45,895 bases of DNA from an uncultured Acidobacteriaceae bacterium (GCA_964245455.1 CAXTMW010000003.1:711-46605), one strand, 5' to 3'. Positions 1-10,229 are shown, numbered from the stretch's first letter. Numbers and translations are program-made. The notes: generated by a model not told the origin, from the sequence alone.

Positions 1-1574
1 GCTTTCTGACGAATCTTCTCCGGATTTAGTCCCCGGCCATCATCGGCGATTTGGATAACGACCTGACCACCCTGGTGATAGGCGGCCAGGCGAATCTTAG
101 CGGTCGTTTCCTTGCCGGCCGCCTGGCGGTCAGCACTTGCCTCGATGCCATGGTCCACGGAGTTTCGAACCATATGGAGTAGGGGGTCGGAAAGCTCCTC
201 GGCAACCGTTTTATCGAGCTCCGTATCGACGCCTGAGGTCTCAAGCACGACTTGTTTCCCCGCCTTTCGAGACAGGTCGCGGATGACACGCTCAATGCGC
301 TGAAACAGTTGGCCGATCGGCACCATACGCATACTCATGGTTGCCCGCTGGACCTCGGCGGTAACGCGCGCCAGCTGGGAAAGATCGCCGATAAGGCGCG
401 AGTCGCTGGCGTTGACAAGCACAGTGCTATGACGTATCAAAGACTGCGCGATGACCATCTCCCCCACCATGTCCATCAGGTGGTCAAGCTTGGCCGTTTC
501 CACTCGGACTGAACCTGCATCGGGAGCTTTCGCCGGTTCTGCGCTCCGACTCACCTCGGTCCCCCTCGGCGTTTCGGGCAGGGAGACCGGCATGGGAGCT
601 TTGCTTTCCCTCGCGGGCTTAGGTTGACCTGGATCAGCATCATGCCCATTCGCGAACAATTGCGCCGCTTGCTCTCCCGCTTCGGCAACAAACGGCGGCG
701 TTTCCATAGGTGCCGACAGCAATGCATTCGGTTCAACGTACTCAAGCATGTCGGCGATGGGCAGAGTGGTAACGGAAGAAGAAACGACGCCCGCACTCTG
801 TTCAGAAGATTTTGGGAGCTCGGGAGCCTCAACCCGCAGCGACATCGGCACTGAGTGTTTTACCGCCAACGCTTTGATCCTCACGATCAAGGCGCGATTG
901 TCCATGGACTGAACCGTAGCTCCATTACCGAGAGCGCGCTCTATCAGGTGCATCTCGGCAAGCAGGTAATCTCCGCTCTCGAGAACGACATCGACGATAC
1001 TTGAATCGATGGTGAGCTTCTGGTTGCGAGCCATGTCCAGCAAAGTCTCCACCTCATGGGACACAGCCTGGACGGCTCCAAAGCCGAGAAAGCCGGCGAG
1101 CCCCTTGATGGTGTGGAAGGCACGAAAAACCGCGTGCACAACCTCCATTGCGGAGGTGTCTCGCTCCAATACGAGCATCTGCCCTTCAATTTGCGACAGA
1201 TGTTCCCTTGCTTCCACCAGAAAGTCGGCAACAAGCTCGGCATCCTCCCCGAAGGAGGAATACACGGGTGTGGCAGGCGCTAAGGCTGGCTTGGACGCAG
1301 ACAGTCTTACAGCCCGCAGAGTTTCGAAGCCCTGCTTGAGCAGAGGGCCAACCTCTTCGGCTGAGGCCGAAGAAAGAGTTGCTGCCAGCTTCTCAGCGAG
1401 TGCGGCAAATTCGACGGCTCCGGCGGCGGCCGCATTCTCACCGATCCGGCGAAGTACAGCCAGCGTTCCGGGTTCAACGCCTTGGACGACCAGTTTGGTT
1501 GCAATCTCATCGATCTGCGACTCCCATATCGCAGCTACGAGGGGCGCTGGCGCTTCGGCTTGTTCCTCAAACAT
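1..1574 (-). CDS. cheA: Chemotaxis histidine kinase CheA (3' end runs off the window)
   Basis: Not in the ORF track because it is open at the window edge. Manual translation from ATG 1574 gives Hpt (FLVEAREHL...VFRAFHTIKGLAGFLG), dimerization domain (SVRVETAKLDHLMDMVGEMVI) and HATPase N-box (DPLLHMVRNSVDHGIE). Confidence 0.95.
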   Translation of the reverse strand, partial: MFEEQAEAPAPLVAAIWESQIDEIATKLVVQGVEPGTLAVLRRIGENAAAAGAVEFAALAEKLAATLSSASAEEVGPLLKQGFETLRAVRLSASKPALAPATPVYSSFGEDAELVADFLVEAREHLSQIEGQMLVLERDTSAMEVVHAVFRAFHTIKGLAGFLGFGAVQAVSHEVETLLDMARNQKLTIDSSIVDVVLESGDYLLAEMHLIERALGNGATVQSMDNRALIVRIKALAVKHSVPMSLRVEAPELPKSSEQSAGVVSSSVTTLPIADMLEYVEPNALLSAPMETPPFVAEAGEQAAQLFANGHDADPGQPKPARESKAPMPVSLPETPRGTEVSRSAEPAKAPDAGSVRVETAKLDHLMDMVGEMVIAQSLIRHSTVLVNASDSRLIGDLSQLARVTAEVQRATMSMRMVPIGQLFQRIERVIRDLSRKAGKQVVLETSGVDTELDKTVAEELSDPLLHMVRNSVDHGIEASADRQAAGKETTAKIRLAAYHQGGQVVIQIADDGRGLNPEKIRQK

Positions 1575-1765
1575 GCTTGCTTTCTCGCCAGTCTTTGTTA
1601 GTTATAGAAATTAAGCGCTTCTCTTTGTGCCTGGTGAATTGCAGAGCTCACCAGAGAGTTACTAGCCTTCATCTTTACTACAGCTTGAAGCGCCTTATCA
1701 TGTTTCAGCTCATGTCTAGCAGCGATTGGCATCTACATTGAAGGACCAAGATCCCGCATGTTGCT

Positions 1766-3406
1766 TTAGAACGCCTGAAAGTTTTCCTCAAGTGGAAATT
1801 CATTCTCGGTCGCGCTCTTCACTTTTGCGGCGGCTGCACCTTCTTGCAAAGGACGCCTCAATCGCACAGGTGCGGGAGTCCGCGACGCAATCGCCGGTCT
1901 TCTTGACCCGAGACCAGAAGTACTCTGTAGCGAAATCACCTGACGGCGCTGAACGGTCCGAGATGCATGGAGATCGTCACTGACGCCACCAACCATCGCC
2001 TGCAAGCGAGCGACGATGTCTTTCAATGCTTCCGACTGCGCATTCAATTCTTCTGCGGAGGCCGCGCCTTCTTCAGCGCTCGCCGCAGCTGTTTGTGTCA
2101 CCTGCTCCATACGCGAGATGGCCCGCCCTATCTGGTCGATACCGCGCGTTTGCTCTTCGCTGCCCAGGCTTACTTCATCCACCATCACCTTCACGCGCAC
2201 AGCATCTTCCGTGACAGCCTGGATAGCCAGCGCGACCTGATCAACTTTGATTTTGCCTTCGCTCGACTTTGCAATAGAGTCTTCGATAAGACTTGCGGTG
2301 TCCTTTGCCGCTTGCGCGCTGCGCTGGGCAAGGCTGCGCACCTCATCGGCAACCACGGCAAAGCCCATTCCAGCCTCTCCGGCACGGGCAGCTTCCACTG
2401 CCGCATTTAGAGCAAGTATGTTTGTCTGGAATGCAATCTCATCAATGACTTTGATGATCTTTGAAATCTTGCCGCTGGAATCAGTGATCTGGTCCATCGA
2501 GACCACCATTTCTGACAGGTAGCGATTGGCCTGTGTGACGCGCTGCTCGGATTGAAGAAGCAGTTCCGCTGTTGAGCGGGAATTATCCGTGTTCTTCCGA
2601 GCCATGGAGTTGATCTCTTCAGAGGAAGCCGAGGTTTCCTCAAGAGATGCTGCCTGCTCCGACGCGCCCTGGGCCAAGGACTGGCTGGACACGGACACCT
2701 GGGCAGCGGCGTGCGCGACCTGCTCGGCACCTTCCCTAAGTTCGCCTACGCTGCTTTGAAGGGTTCCGCTGATGCCTCGAACAATCCACACTAGAGCAAT
2801 GCCGATGCCGATTGAAAGAACGATCATAAGGTAACTTAGGTTTTGAGCCGGCGTGACCACCGCCGTAGCTGCTGTGGCGCGAGCGGATACCTGATCATTC
2901 TCCTTGCTGCAAAGATCCCCGGCGGAACTGCTCAGAGCCAAAGCTAGCGGCCCTAGCTTATCCCTGTAGATCGCGTCAGCGGCAGGGAGATCGCCTTTCG
3001 TGATTGCTTCGTTAAGCATCAAGGCATACTGGGCTATCGTCTCCAGTCTGTTCTGGATCTGAGCCTGCGCCAGTTCGCGAAGATCGAGACGAGTGGTTTT
3101 TTGCAGAAATTCGCTGTTGGCGGTCCGGATTTTATCGAGATCCGCACTTGACTCCATCATGAGTCTATGAACATCATCACCGTTGTTCGAGTGAGCTCGC
3201 AACAGCATAGCCCGCAAGGTCCCGAGCAGATCGGCCGCGGACGTGTTGATCTGGCTTGATAGATACAGGTTGCGGACAGCTACGTGCGCCAGTCCTTCTA
3301 TGTCTTCACCGAGTGTGCCGATATTCCGGATGGCCACAGTACCCATCAACAAAGTGATCAGCAGCGCAGTGCCAAAGCCGGAGTACAATTTTTTTCCAAT
3401 CGTCAT
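1766..3406 (-). CDS. Methyl-accepting chemotaxis protein
   Basis: Two TM helices flank a helical periplasmic domain; hairpin [37 protein letters not shown]; C-terminal NFQAF pentapeptide. Confidence 0.97.
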   Translation of the reverse strand: MTIGKKLYSGFGTALLITLLMGTVAIRNIGTLGEDIEGLAHVAVRNLYLSSQINTSAADLLGTLRAMLLRAHSNNGDDVHRLMMESSADLDKIRTANSEFLQKTTRLDLRELAQAQIQNRLETIAQYALMLNEAITKGDLPAADAIYRDKLGPLALALSSSAGDLCSKENDQVSARATAATAVVTPAQNLSYLMIVLSIGIGIALVWIVRGISGTLQSSVGELREGAEQVAHAAAQVSVSSQSLAQGASEQAASLEETSASSEEINSMARKNTDNSRSTAELLLQSEQRVTQANRYLSEMVVSMDQITDSSGKISKIIKVIDEIAFQTNILALNAAVEAARAGEAGMGFAVVADEVRSLAQRSAQAAKDTASLIEDSIAKSSEGKIKVDQVALAIQAVTEDAVRVKVMVDEVSLGSEEQTRGIDQIGRAISRMEQVTQTAAASAEEGAASAEELNAQSEALKDIVARLQAMVGGVSDDLHASRTVQRRQVISLQSTSGLGSRRPAIASRTPAPVRLRRPLQEGAAAAKVKSATENEFPLEENFQAF

Positions 3407-3436
3407 ATCGAGGCCTATTAGGTTCGTGAACTTTAT

Positions 3437-3958
3437 CTACATTCGACCGGCGAAAGACCGATCCAGCTCCTCGACGCGCAGGACTTCGTCGATGTCTAAA
3501 AGGATTCGGACTCTGCCCTTGTTCTTAGCCATACCTCTCACATACCTCGATATGGCACTCAGACCAAAATCAGGCGCATCCTCAATGTCCTCTGACGCGA
3601 GCGTGAGCACTTCAACGACACTATCGACGATGATGCCTAGTGACTGCTCCCCACTGCTGAATACAATGCGCATCACAACAATGCAGGTCAGCTCGGTCGC
3701 TTCACGATCTTCAAGAGAGAATTTCTTACGCAGGTTGATGACTGGGACGATTTTGCCGCGAAGATTGATGACCCCTTGAACAAAGTCGGGCGTCTGCGGG
3801 ACGATCGTAATCTCCTGCATCTTCATAATCTCTTTCACCTTCAGAACACTGGCCCCAAATTCTTCGTCGCCTAGTCGAAAGATGAGGTACTTGCCCGTGC
3901 GCAGATCCACCGCGCCTGGAGCATTGTCAGCATTTACACTTCTCAGTCCGACGGCCAT
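3437..3958 (-). CDS. cheW: Chemotaxis coupling protein CheW
   Basis: KYLIFRLGDEEFG...VQGVINLRGKIVPVINL...GIIVDSVVEV. True start taken as ATG 3958 behind a GAGGA RBS; the track's 4252 start overlaps cheY. Confidence 0.95.
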   Translation of the reverse strand: MAVGLRSVNADNAPGAVDLRTGKYLIFRLGDEEFGASVLKVKEIMKMQEITIVPQTPDFVQGVINLRGKIVPVINLRKKFSLEDREATELTCIVVMRIVFSSGEQSLGIIVDSVVEVLTLASEDIEDAPDFGLSAISRYVRGMAKNKGRVRILLDIDEVLRVEELDRSFAGRM

Positions 3959-3975
3959 GGATTCCTCACCGTCCA

Positions 3976-3983
3976 TTATCGGC
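3976..3983 (-). promoter_or_regulatory. Sigma28 (FliA)-type -10 element for cheW-mcp-cheA
   Basis: Perfect GCCGATAA on the minus strand just upstream of the cheW RBS; the -35 match is poor. Confidence 0.5.
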
Positions 3984-4087
3984 ATGAAAGCTGAAAATTC
4001 CATCTTTGTTGCGTTACCGAAGTGTTGAGGCGAGCGTAGTCCGAAATAGGGTCTCCCATGGCGCAGTTTCCTGGTCGTTTTATGCCC

Positions 4088-4114
4088 TAAACTTTTTCGC
4101 CGCGATGCCGATAT
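4088..4114 (+). promoter_or_regulatory. Sigma28 (FliA)-type promoter for cheY and the CheX-like gene
   Basis: TAAA-N15-GCCGATAT, close to the canonical TAAA-N15-GCCGATAA consensus. Confidence 0.75.
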
Positions 4115-4186
4115 GGAGCACAGTGCCAAGTTGTGCACTGAAGAGTTCAGCGCTGATAAGAGCAATCGAGGAACGGAGAGACCGTT

Positions 4187-4555
4187 ATGGATGTGCTTCT
4201 GGTAGACGACAGTAAAACGATGCGGTTGCTTGTGCATCGCGCCCTTCGACAAGCGGGATATCGCGACTTAAAGGTAGGCGAAGCAGAAAATGGAGCTCAG
4301 GCGCTGGAGAAGCTGAGCAGCGAACAACCCAAGCTGATCCTGTCTGACTGGAACATGCCTGAGATGTCGGGCATTGAGTTCTTGCAGAGGGTCAGAACAG
4401 ACCGCAATATGGTTCCGTTCGGCTTTATCACCTCCGAAGCGTCCAAGGAGATCAAGGAGCTCGCGATGACGAGCGGTGCTTCGTTCCTAATTACCAAGCC
4501 ATTCAGTTCCGAGGACGTCCAGGCAGCCCTGGGACCCATTCTGGGAGAAAGATAG
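4187..4555 (+). CDS. cheY: CheY-type single-domain response regulator
   Basis: VLLVDDS...LILSDWNMPEMSG...ITSE...ITKPF; GGAGA RBS; chemotaxis context. Confidence 0.93.
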   Translation: MDVLLVDDSKTMRLLVHRALRQAGYRDLKVGEAENGAQALEKLSSEQPKLILSDWNMPEMSGIEFLQRVRTDRNMVPFGFITSEASKEIKELAMTSGASFLITKPFSSEDVQAALGPILGER

Positions 4556-4557
4556 CC

Positions 4558-5025
4558 ATGGCTGAACCGACTCCATTCGCTCTTGCGCGACTGTTCACTC
4601 AGCTTGTTGGGCGTGAGGTCAAATTTGCTCAGCTAACTCGACCGACCCCCACCAAACTCAAGCAGATGTACGGTGTGTACATAGTGAAACCGGCAGATAC
4701 CTGCCGCGTCGTTCAGACCGACCTTCCGCTACTCGGTTCATTCGCCGGCTGCCTGGTGGGCCTACCCTCCGATGCGGTGCAGGATCGTCTTGCCGAAGCC
4801 GCGCTGGACGAATCCCTCAGGGACGCTATGCACGAAGTGCTGAACATCACTGCGACGATCGTGACGGTAGAGGGACGTGCCGTGTTTCAGTCTATGTACA
4901 ACGACCTTTTGCATTGCCCATCGGAAGCTGTAGACACCATGAAAGGCCCGCTCCATCGCTCGCACTACCAAGTCTCGATCGACGACTACCAGGGAGGAGC
5001 CTTTTCTCTGTTTGCGCAAGCCTGA
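4558..5025 (+). CDS. Putative CheX/CheC-like CheY-P phosphatase
   Basis: Starts 2 nt after the cheY stop; 155 aa; DAMHEVLNI carries the ExxN motif of CheC/CheX phosphatases. Confidence 0.6.
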   Translation: MAEPTPFALARLFTQLVGREVKFAQLTRPTPTKLKQMYGVYIVKPADTCRVVQTDLPLLGSFAGCLVGLPSDAVQDRLAEAALDESLRDAMHEVLNITATIVTVEGRAVFQSMYNDLLHCPSEAVDTMKGPLHRSHYQVSIDDYQGGAFSLFAQA

Positions 5026-5071
5026 GGGTTCGCATATAAGGCTTGGCGTTTCCATGAGGCGGAGTGCCTCC

Positions 5072-6208
5072 TCAAGTCCAGTAAAGGATACGAGCGGCCG
5101 GCAGAACTCTGCCGATTTCCTGTTCGAAGAATCTGCGCATCTCCGCCATAGGGTCCTTTTGGTAAACGTACTTAAATCCGCCGAACTTTGTTCGCTTCTC
5201 AGCCCGACCTGCCTCATCCAGGTCAAGAGTTGTTTTTGGATACCAGCCGAGCAGTACATCTTTTGATCCGGGGGTAAAGCGGTGAGTGATCAACTCGAAG
5301 GTCAAGTCGAGGGTCTCAATCCCCTCCACAGTCCGCGCCACAGCGGTGAAGAGATTAGCGTACTCCCGCTCCCAGTTCTCAATCTGCATGATGGGAGCAA
5401 CCGTGAGACCGACCGGATATCCCGCCGCAGCCATGCGGCCTAGCGCCGCAAGTCTTTGCATTACGTTTGCCGTACCGCCTTCGAAGTCGCGCGAAACACT
5501 GGCAGCATTCACGGAAAAGCGAGCACGCGTACGCTGATGGTGCGGCAAATTGAGAAGCCGGTCGACCGCGTCGAACTTCGTCGTCCAGCGGAGCTGGACC
5601 GGAGCGTCCCACTCACCGAAAAAGCGGATGGATGCTTCAAGCGCGCCGGTCAGATGCTCGATGCCAAGGGGGTCGGTATAGCAGGAGGCCTCAAAGGTTG
5701 TTCCCTCGTGCGCACGCTCACGGGAGCGAGAGGTAACCCGGCCCGTTCCCGCATAGGGGCGCAATCCCTCCAGGATTTCCGGAAGGTTTGCATACGCACG
5801 CGTGATCGGCGGACCGCTGAGCGAACCAGCCAGATAGCAGTACTGGCAATGTGCCGGACAGCCCTGCGCCACATGAAACTGCCAATCCGCGGAAGGAGGA
5901 ATCGGCTGCAGCTTGCGCTGGCTTGGGGGAGCTACGACGATGGCAAAGGTCGTTTTCGCAAGCGCATAGGTTTTTCGTTCCGACTCGCCCCGCACCCCGG
6001 TGATTCTGTTATTTGGCAGGCGAATCACCTCGGCCCCATAACCGGCGGCGCGCTCCAACATAAAGCGCCCGTGTGGGAGAGCCAGAGCATCCGGGGTGAT
6101 TAGGACGCGGCGGGGTCGCCAAAGTTTTCCTTGCACTGGCAGTTCACGGCTGGTCGGCAGTGAGGCCTCGGGTGACTCGACCGGCAGTTGCGCTAGAGCA
6201 GTGTCCAT
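5072..6208 (-). CDS. splB: Spore photoproduct lyase family radical SAM enzyme
   Basis: GCPAHCQYCYL (CX3CX2C), TFEASCYTDPLGIEHLTG, LRWTTKF, RFSVNA, ITHRFT and KFGGFKYVY align with Bacillus SplB motifs. Confidence 0.88.
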   Translation of the reverse strand: MDTALAQLPVESPEASLPTSRELPVQGKLWRPRRVLITPDALALPHGRFMLERAAGYGAEVIRLPNNRITGVRGESERKTYALAKTTFAIVVAPPSQRKLQPIPPSADWQFHVAQGCPAHCQYCYLAGSLSGPPITRAYANLPEILEGLRPYAGTGRVTSRSRERAHEGTTFEASCYTDPLGIEHLTGALEASIRFFGEWDAPVQLRWTTKFDAVDRLLNLPHHQRTRARFSVNAASVSRDFEGGTANVMQRLAALGRMAAAGYPVGLTVAPIMQIENWEREYANLFTAVARTVEGIETLDLTFELITHRFTPGSKDVLLGWYPKTTLDLDEAGRAEKRTKFGGFKYVYQKDPMAEMRRFFEQEIGRVLPAARILYWT

Positions 6209-6353
6209 ACAGATTAGAGAACCGGCGGCACCCAGGGGATGCGTTGGCCGGCGGGCGTACGGGTAGTCTTATTGATCTCGTCGACCGGAATCGTCATCGG
6301 CTTCTTGCAGATGAACGAGGGAGATCACGGCGCGAATTGCTTCGTACAAGCCC

Positions 6354-7664
6354 TCAGCATCGTTCGAGGATCAAAGGAAGTCCATGCTTTGGGCGCAGAT
6401 TGATCGCCGGGCTTACCGGCAGGGCTTCCGGCAGGCCCGGAGCGTGGCGCATGCGCCAGTCGCGGAAGATAGTCGCGCTAACAAAGACGCCTTCCATCCA
6501 GGCCCGCGCTTCGCTGATACACTTCCGCGAACCGTCGCCGAAGGGAAAGTAGGCGAACTCGGGACGGCTTAGCTTCTTCTCCTCCGAAAAGCGGAGCGGA
6601 TCAAAGGGCTCCGGATCTTCCCAGAACCGCGGATCGCGATGGACGACGATCTGCGACGCAAGCAGGGTTGCTCCGGACGGAATAGTGAAGCCTCGGAAAT
6701 GGTACGACTCCGGCCCGCAGCTGCGCCCAAGGACCACAGCGGCGGATACACTCGCATCGGCTCAGCAAAGACCATGTACGTGTGACGGAGATTAGCGTCG
6801 CCCGCGTCGTTGGGGCGTTGCGCGCCCAGAACACGCACCGACTCCTCGTGTACAGCTTTCTGAGCGTCTGGATGCTTGGCCAGCATCCAGAGCGTGAAGC
6901 TCAGGGCGTCGGCCGTGGTCTCGTGTCCGGCAAGGATGACGGTCAGGCACCCGTCGCGAACCTGCTCATCGCTCATCCGAGTGTCCGCTCCCGCCGCCGT
7001 TCCCTCAAGATCTCCGGTCTCCATCAGCATGGACAGGAGATCGCCGCGGTCACTGGAGCGCGGCGTCGCTCGGCAATGATGCCGTACAGGATCGCGTCCA
7101 GATCGCGGATGCCCTTACGGATTTTGGCTATCGAGCCAAACGGGAGCTTTTGCAGCTGCTCCCTGAAGGGAACGAAGGCCGGCGGCGGGGGCACCATAAA
7201 TGCGTCGACCGCCGCCGCGATCTTTCGCGCTTCCGACTCCGCATCGATGTTGAACATGCACCCCGATGCGCAACGCCAACAGCAGCATGTGCGGGTGCAG
7301 GTCTACAGCTCCGGGCTGCCAGCGCTTCGTCATATCCGCCGGATACCCGGCAATCACGTCGGCATACGCCGCGATACGCTGCTGATGGAACGCCGGCGCG
7401 GCTATGCGGCGCCGGCGCATGTGCAGCGGCTCTTCGATGGTCAGGCAAGCCGTCACCCAAGACCGCTCGCGCCTGCTGCATGACGATTGCGCGGCGGTTG
7501 CGCCGCTCACTGTAGACCATGCAGGTCGCCGTGGAGCCGGGCGTTTAAGTCAGGAACTCGATCGGACCCTGCCGTAACGGCTTGCCCGTCAGCGACCGCG
7601 GCAGCACGCTGGGACCGGACAGGTATTGGCCGCCCCGGCTTCGCGCGAATCTGCGTTCCATCAT
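6354..7664 (-). pseudogene. Cytochrome P450 pseudogene (several frameshifts, an in-frame stop, probable deletion)
   Basis: Fragments in different frames: GPIEFLT*; LGDGL / IEEPLHMRRRRIAAPAFH; I-helix ILAGHETTA; K-helix EPMRVYPP; FDPLRF; heme motif YFPFGDGSRKCIS. Confidence 0.9.
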
Positions 7665-7783
7665 CACGTCACCCTCGTATGCGCAAGGCAGCTCCGCGCT
7701 TCATAAGCAGTAACAAAGCTTTCTCTAAGGAAGCGCTCTATCAAAAATCGCGAGGCGCTTACCATGCAGACGAGGAGTTCCCG

Positions 7784-9496
7784 ATGCGATTGAAACAGTG
7801 GTTGCTGCTCGCCCTGATAAGCACCACCACCGCGTCCACTGCGGGAGGGTCGGAGCCACGGCAGCAGCAGATGAACCTGGACCTGATGGAGGTCACGATT
7901 CCGCAGCTGGAAGCGTTCTATGCCGCGGGCCGGTACACAGTGACAGAGGTTGTCCAGTGGCATCTGGACCGGATCGCGCGCTACAACGGCGTGTACCGAT
8001 CGGTACAGACTACCGATGCGAAAGGCGCGCTCGCGACCGCCGCTCTGGAGGACGCAGAAGCCGCGAGCAAGCCTGGCCTCGAGCGCGGACCCATGTGGGG
8101 CGTGCCGATCGTCATCAAGGCCAACACGAGCATTGCCGGCAGAATCACGACCGATGGCTGGATCGGCTACGCGCTGCCCGGGCATGAATTTGTGGCGCCG
8201 CGCGACGCGACGGTCGTCGCAAGGCTGAAAGCCGCCGGCGCCGTGATCCTTGGGCAAACCAACATGCCTGATTTTGCGGCAAGCGACACCAATCGAAGCA
8301 CCGCGTTCGGCCGCACCGGCAATGCCTACGATGTGCGCTTCAGCCCGGGCGGCTCCTCCGGCGGCACCGTCACCACCGTGACCTCGAACGAAGCCCTGCT
8401 GGGAACCGGCACAGACACCGGCAACTCGATCCGCATGCCGGCGGCGACAAGCTCCGTTGTGGGCCTGTTCCCCACGCGCGGGCTGGTCTCGATCGCCGGC
8501 ATTGCGCCGCTTGACTGGCTTCTCGATAACACGGGTCCCATCGCGCGCGATGTGACCGACGCTGCGATCGGGCTGACTGTGATAGCGGGCGAGGATCCGA
8601 TGGACCCGCGAACGGCAGGTTCGGGAGCGAAGGCCCAGCCCGGGCCGTACACCCAGTACCTTCACGTGGATGCTTTGCGGGGCAAGCGCTTTGGGGTGCC
8701 GTCCTTTATTCTTATGGGCGCGGGTATTCCGTTCCAGGGGATTGAAGCTTCACTATCGCCCACGCTCGCTGCGCAGCAGCGCGCCGCCGCACGCGTACCG
8801 CTTACGCCGGGGACGCGGGCAGCGTTTCTTCGAGCACTTGATGGGCTTCGAGCCGCAGGGGCCACAGTCGTGATGGACAACACTGTGCTGCCTGACACGC
8901 CGGGCGGCTTCCCCGAGGTTGTGAGCCGCGTGGGCACACAGCCCTATGTGCGCGAGGGCACGGAAAACTTCCTGAGAAGCTTCGGCCCCCGGCAGTACCA
9001 CTCACCCGAGGAGTATCAGCAGGCGGTCGGCTCCGCTCTGCCCGCAACCATCCTCGGCGGCTCGCTTGCTGACCGAACAGGCGCGCCGGCCGTAGTACAG
9101 ACTCGCTTTGAAAGCGACCCGCAGCGAGAAGCGAACGTCCTGGCTCCACGCGCGCAGGCGCTGGTCCTGTATACGGCTACGCTCGACCGATTGCACCTGG
9201 ACGGCTATGTGTACCCGGCGGCGCAGATGCCGCCGCCGGACGAAACCATGCCGCAGGATGGGCAGATCAGCGGCGGCCCGCATAGCGACACGGGTTGGGT
9301 GAATATGCTGGGTGTTCCAGCGATCGTTGTGCCGGGCGGGTTCTACCCGGGCGGACTGCCTTTTGGGCTTGAATTCTCAGCGCGTCCGTGGAAAGACGGT
9401 GATTTGCTTAGCTGGGCGTATGCCTATGAGCAGCGGACCCATGCGCGCCATGCACCTGTGCTGGTGGAGCGGGGCCTGTTGGCCGATGCACCTTGA
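7784..9496 (+). CDS. Secreted amidase-signature family amidase
   Basis: GAGGAG RBS and signal peptide MRLKQWLLLALIS; GVPIVIK (Lys), SPGGSSGG, GTDTGNSIRMPA (Ser-cisSer-Lys triad). Confidence 0.92.
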   Translation: MRLKQWLLLALISTTTASTAGGSEPRQQQMNLDLMEVTIPQLEAFYAAGRYTVTEVVQWHLDRIARYNGVYRSVQTTDAKGALATAALEDAEAASKPGLERGPMWGVPIVIKANTSIAGRITTDGWIGYALPGHEFVAPRDATVVARLKAAGAVILGQTNMPDFAASDTNRSTAFGRTGNAYDVRFSPGGSSGGTVTTVTSNEALLGTGTDTGNSIRMPAATSSVVGLFPTRGLVSIAGIAPLDWLLDNTGPIARDVTDAAIGLTVIAGEDPMDPRTAGSGAKAQPGPYTQYLHVDALRGKRFGVPSFILMGAGIPFQGIEASLSPTLAAQQRAAARVPLTPGTRAAFLRALDGLRAAGATVVMDNTVLPDTPGGFPEVVSRVGTQPYVREGTENFLRSFGPRQYHSPEEYQQAVGSALPATILGGSLADRTGAPAVVQTRFESDPQREANVLAPRAQALVLYTATLDRLHLDGYVYPAAQMPPPDETMPQDGQISGGPHSDTGWVNMLGVPAIVVPGGFYPGGLPFGLEFSARPWKDGDLLSWAYAYEQRTHARHAPVLVERGLLADAP

Positions 9497-10160
9497 TTTC
9501 CTCGTGGTGCGACCATCGAATGGACCGTCGCTGGAGATCTCGCGATCAGTGCATTTAACTTTGCGCCGGATCTCGTAGCCGCCGAATCTCGTAACTATGT
9601 CCCGAGCCACAGCGTCAAGAATCACCTTACCCCCTAAATACACTGTACGTGGCGGCACAAACAACCGAACATGCAATGGACAAACTTGCCTTTTGACACC
9701 ATGAGCGATAAAGGTGGCGCCTCCGCGGATTTGAGTGTCAGCCGTGCGCAGGAGCCGATTTGTCTGCAACAATCTGCCTTCGGCTATGTCTTTTCAAAAA
9801 GATTGGCCAGAATTCTCACGCGCATGTGTATCGGCGAGCCTTTTGAGTCCTCGTAGGCAGTACTAAGCAGTGTCGAGATCACAGCGGTCCGACGGCTAGA
9901 GTGCGCCAATCGTCAATACGCATAGTGTCAAAGGAAGAGCCGCTTGACGCCTCAGCAAGCCCGTCTCCCTTGGTTTGCACCTTGTTCCCGCCGCCGATTG
10001 TCATGGAGTGGTCAGCGATCAATCGGTTAAGGATTTTAATGTCTTGGGTGCGTGAAGCCTCTATATAGGCCCGGAAAGGTAGGCCCAGAAAGCTTCTTCC
10101 GGAGTACCACGCTTCTCAGCAGCCGCGCTAAGTGACACGGCGCTGATAAGGAGCACGAGT

Positions 10161-10229
10161 ATGAACCTTGTTCGACTCATCTATGGCATCCCTTTCTATG
10201 CCAAGCGTGGTGACTCCTTTTCGACGTAA
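10161..10229 (+). CDS. Candidate 22-aa small protein MNLVRLIYGIPFYAKRGDSFST
   Basis: Strong TAAGGAG Shine-Dalgarno 7 nt before the ATG; its stop abuts the stop of the convergent gene at 10230. Confidence 0.3.
   Translation: MNLVRLIYGIPFYAKRGDSFST

Noticed and set aside
3959-4252. Long N-terminal extensions in the ORF track for cheW (also amidase 7487, ORF 27729, kdsA 39450, rpmE 45550)
   Set aside because: Better downstream starts exist, with RBS or family-typical N-termini; the extensions overlap promoters or other genes.
6214-6330. Minus-strand peptide ...KKPMTIPVDEINKTTRTPAGQRIPWVPPVL* between the P450 relic and splB
   Set aside because: No RBS or recognisable family; could equally be promoter DNA.
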